This document shows positions 62,245 through 64,000 of a stretch of DNA of 64,000 nucleotides, in pieces. Positions within the stretch are counted from its first letter, which is position 1. Each line of letters opens with the position of its first letter. The stretch is from an uncultured delta proteobacterium (GTDB lineage Bacteria > Desulfobacterota > RBG-13-43-22), in NCBI GenBank assembly GCA_963790475.1, contig CAWBOS010000013.1, forward strand, positions 320,001 through 384,000. Reading direction: 5' to 3'. Below the pieces are notes generated by a model. It was not told where the DNA came from. It did not search any database and saw only the letters and a program-made list of their open reading frames with translations. The translations under genes were made by a program, and so were the position numbers.

Positions 62245-63110
62245 CCTTTGCCACCGAAAAGCCCCTGGGGCCGGAAGAGCAGGATAATAATCATGATGGT
62301 AAAACTGACTACCTGCTTCATGGAACTGGGCAAAAAGACCGTACCCAAAGATTCGGCCACCCCGATAATCAATCCCCCCACCAGGGCACCGAACAAGCTC
62401 CCCATACCGCCCAGGATGACGATTACAAAAGAGATCAGGGTGTAAGGGGCACCCATAGTGGCCTTGGCCGGCATTAAGGGCACCAGCAGAGCCCCGGCGG
62501 CCCCCACGCAGGCCGCTCCTATCCCAAAACAGAAACCATAAACGCGGTTAATATGGGCGCCAACGATCAGGGCCCCGAACCGATTGTCGGCTGTGGCCCG
62601 TATAGTCTTTCCCATTGAGGTCTTTCTCAAAAAAAGGATGACCAACAAGGTAATCAGAATGGCCAAAACAAAGGCGATGAGACGGGGGACATCTACGGTT
62701 AAGGCCCCAAAACGGATCGAGGAGAGGGCCAGGCTGGTCTTGGGACTGATATCACTCCCGCCCCAGATCATCAGAGTGCTGTTTTCGAAGATGATGCCCA
62801 TGCCGACCAGAACCAGGACTTGCATGGCCTCAGGCATGTCCAGAATCCGGTTGACGAAAATCCTTTGAACCCCGTAACCGATCCCGAACATGACGGCTGC
62901 GGTTATCGGCAGGGAGAGATAGGGATCAAGGCCCAGGGAAAGCAGAAAGGTGATCGTCAAAAACATGGCAAAGACCATCATCTCCCCGTGGGCAAAATTG
63001 ATAATCCGCATGACGCCGAAAATCAGGGATAGGCCTAAGGCAATCAACCCATAGACCCCTCCCATCAAAAATCCCTGCAAGGCTAATTGAAGAACCAGGT
63101 CAGTATTCAT
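62241..63110 (-). CDS. ABC permease (LivH-like)
   Basis: Motifs YGLIALGLSLIFGVM..INFAHG, G..IRA and FRPQGLFG. Confidence 0.93.
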   Translation of the reverse strand: MNTDLVLQLALQGFLMGGVYGLIALGLSLIFGVMRIINFAHGEMMVFAMFLTITFLLSLGLDPYLSLPITAAVMFGIGYGVQRIFVNRILDMPEAMQVLVLVGMGIIFENSTLMIWGGSDISPKTSLALSSIRFGALTVDVPRLIAFVLAILITLLVILFLRKTSMGKTIRATADNRFGALIVGAHINRVYGFCFGIGAACVGAAGALLVPLMPAKATMGAPYTLISFVIVILGGMGSLFGALVGGLIIGVAESLGTVFLPSSMKQVVSFTIMIIILLFRPQGLFGGKG

Positions 63111-63111
63111 T

Positions 63112-63285
63112 GATCGTTACCTGTTTCTCGTTACTGGTTGCCGATTTTTCGTTACTCGTTACTCGATACTCGTTGCGAGTCACCCGCTATCGGTTGCCGG
63201 ATTTGGGTTGGTGGTTAAAAACATTTTCCCAATTCCGAAATGAGCAGAGGTAACCAGTAACGAGTAACGAGCAACCAACGATCAA
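63112..63285. repeat. Inverted heptamer arrays (TCGTTAC / GTAACGA)
   Basis: ctcgttactcgttactcgatactcgtt ... cagtaacgagtaacgagcaac, bounded by gatcgtt / aacgatc. Confidence 0.75.
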
Positions 63286-63289
63286 TCCG

Positions 63290-64000
63290 TTACGCTCCCC
63301 GTTCCCAAAGCTGCTTCCAGGGGAAAACATAAGGGGCCTGGGCAAATTCTTTGGGCAGGACCACCTTGACCCTATCATCCACTTTCGGGTCCGGGAGAAC
63401 TTGAACCATGGCCGTTGTGGCATTGATATTATCTCCCTTATCATCAAAAATGATCGGCCCGCCGACCATGGGGTGGTCTTTAAGATTCGTTTTTCGTAAG
63501 GCTGCACGCAGCGACATTGGGGTCGGTCGATCTGGCTCGTTCCAGGGCATCGGCGATGACCTGGACCCCCACGTAACCCCAACCTGAATTAGTATCGACA
63601 TACTGGCCGGGATACTTCTTTTCATAACGTTTGTTCACATCTTTATATTTCGGGCTTTTGGGATTGACCCAGGGCACATTATCCAGGACATAATAGGCCA
63701 GCTTGTCCAGATCCTTGATATTATCCGGCTCGTACCATCCCGGGCTCCCGGGACTGATGATCCCCATCAGCCGCACCCGCTGTTTGTAAAGCTCCCGAAG
63801 CATCAATTTGGCATCCCCCGTCCGGGTCACCGGGAAAAGGACATCCGGTTTGGCATCCTTAATCTTGGCCACCTCGGCGGAGAGGTCTTGGACCCCCAGG
63901 GGATATTCCAGGTGTTCAATGATCTCGAAGGGCCATTTTTTGTCTTTGACCAATTTGACAAAAGCCGCTCCCTGAGTGCGTCCAAAAGCATCGCCGACAT
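63290..64000 (-). CDS. ABC substrate-binding protein (Liv-type), 5' partial, frameshift near 63520
   Basis: DLSAEVAKIK.AKPDV and GY..VQVIADALERA.STD. Continues in another frame as ...SLRAAL...GGPI.FD.KG.N after a C4 run. Confidence 0.85.

Overview
This window is bacterial genomic DNA. The gene content suggests a deltaproteobacterial/Desulfobacterota-like anaerobe (inference). 1-2.8 kb: the end of an IS-like element, two ORF6N-domain paralogues flanking a pRiA4b ORF-3-like gene, and a dead cas3 stub. 2.9-17.5 kb: a type I-C CRISPR-Cas locus (cas3, cas5, frameshifted cas8c with a probable internal cas11, cas7, inserted BRO-N and four-helix-bundle genes, cas4, cas1, cas2, leader, and 71 repeats/70 spacers counted by eye). 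18-64 kb: mostly housekeeping and metabolic genes (oxidoreductases, frdCAB, RlmI-like, MreB-like, DnaJ-like, MrfA/MrfB-like fusion, sigma54 two-component pair, TPR protein, hemC, cobA-hemD, radical SAM, uppP, a PurF homologue without the catalytic Cys, split UxaA/SuyAB-like pair, Liv-type ABC transporter), with many MITE/REP-like elements and 7-9-nt tandem-repeat hairpins between genes. The most striking unexplained signal is a set of perfect DNA palindromes with a shared core RCAR-W-TTGY and different arms. They sit in the variable segment of both ORF6N genes (read in different frames), in the BRO-N gene inside the cas operon, and as an orphan copy upstream, next to remnants of displaced genes. 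All family calls come from motif recognition by eye; no database searches were run. Several single-base frameshifts may be sequencing errors.
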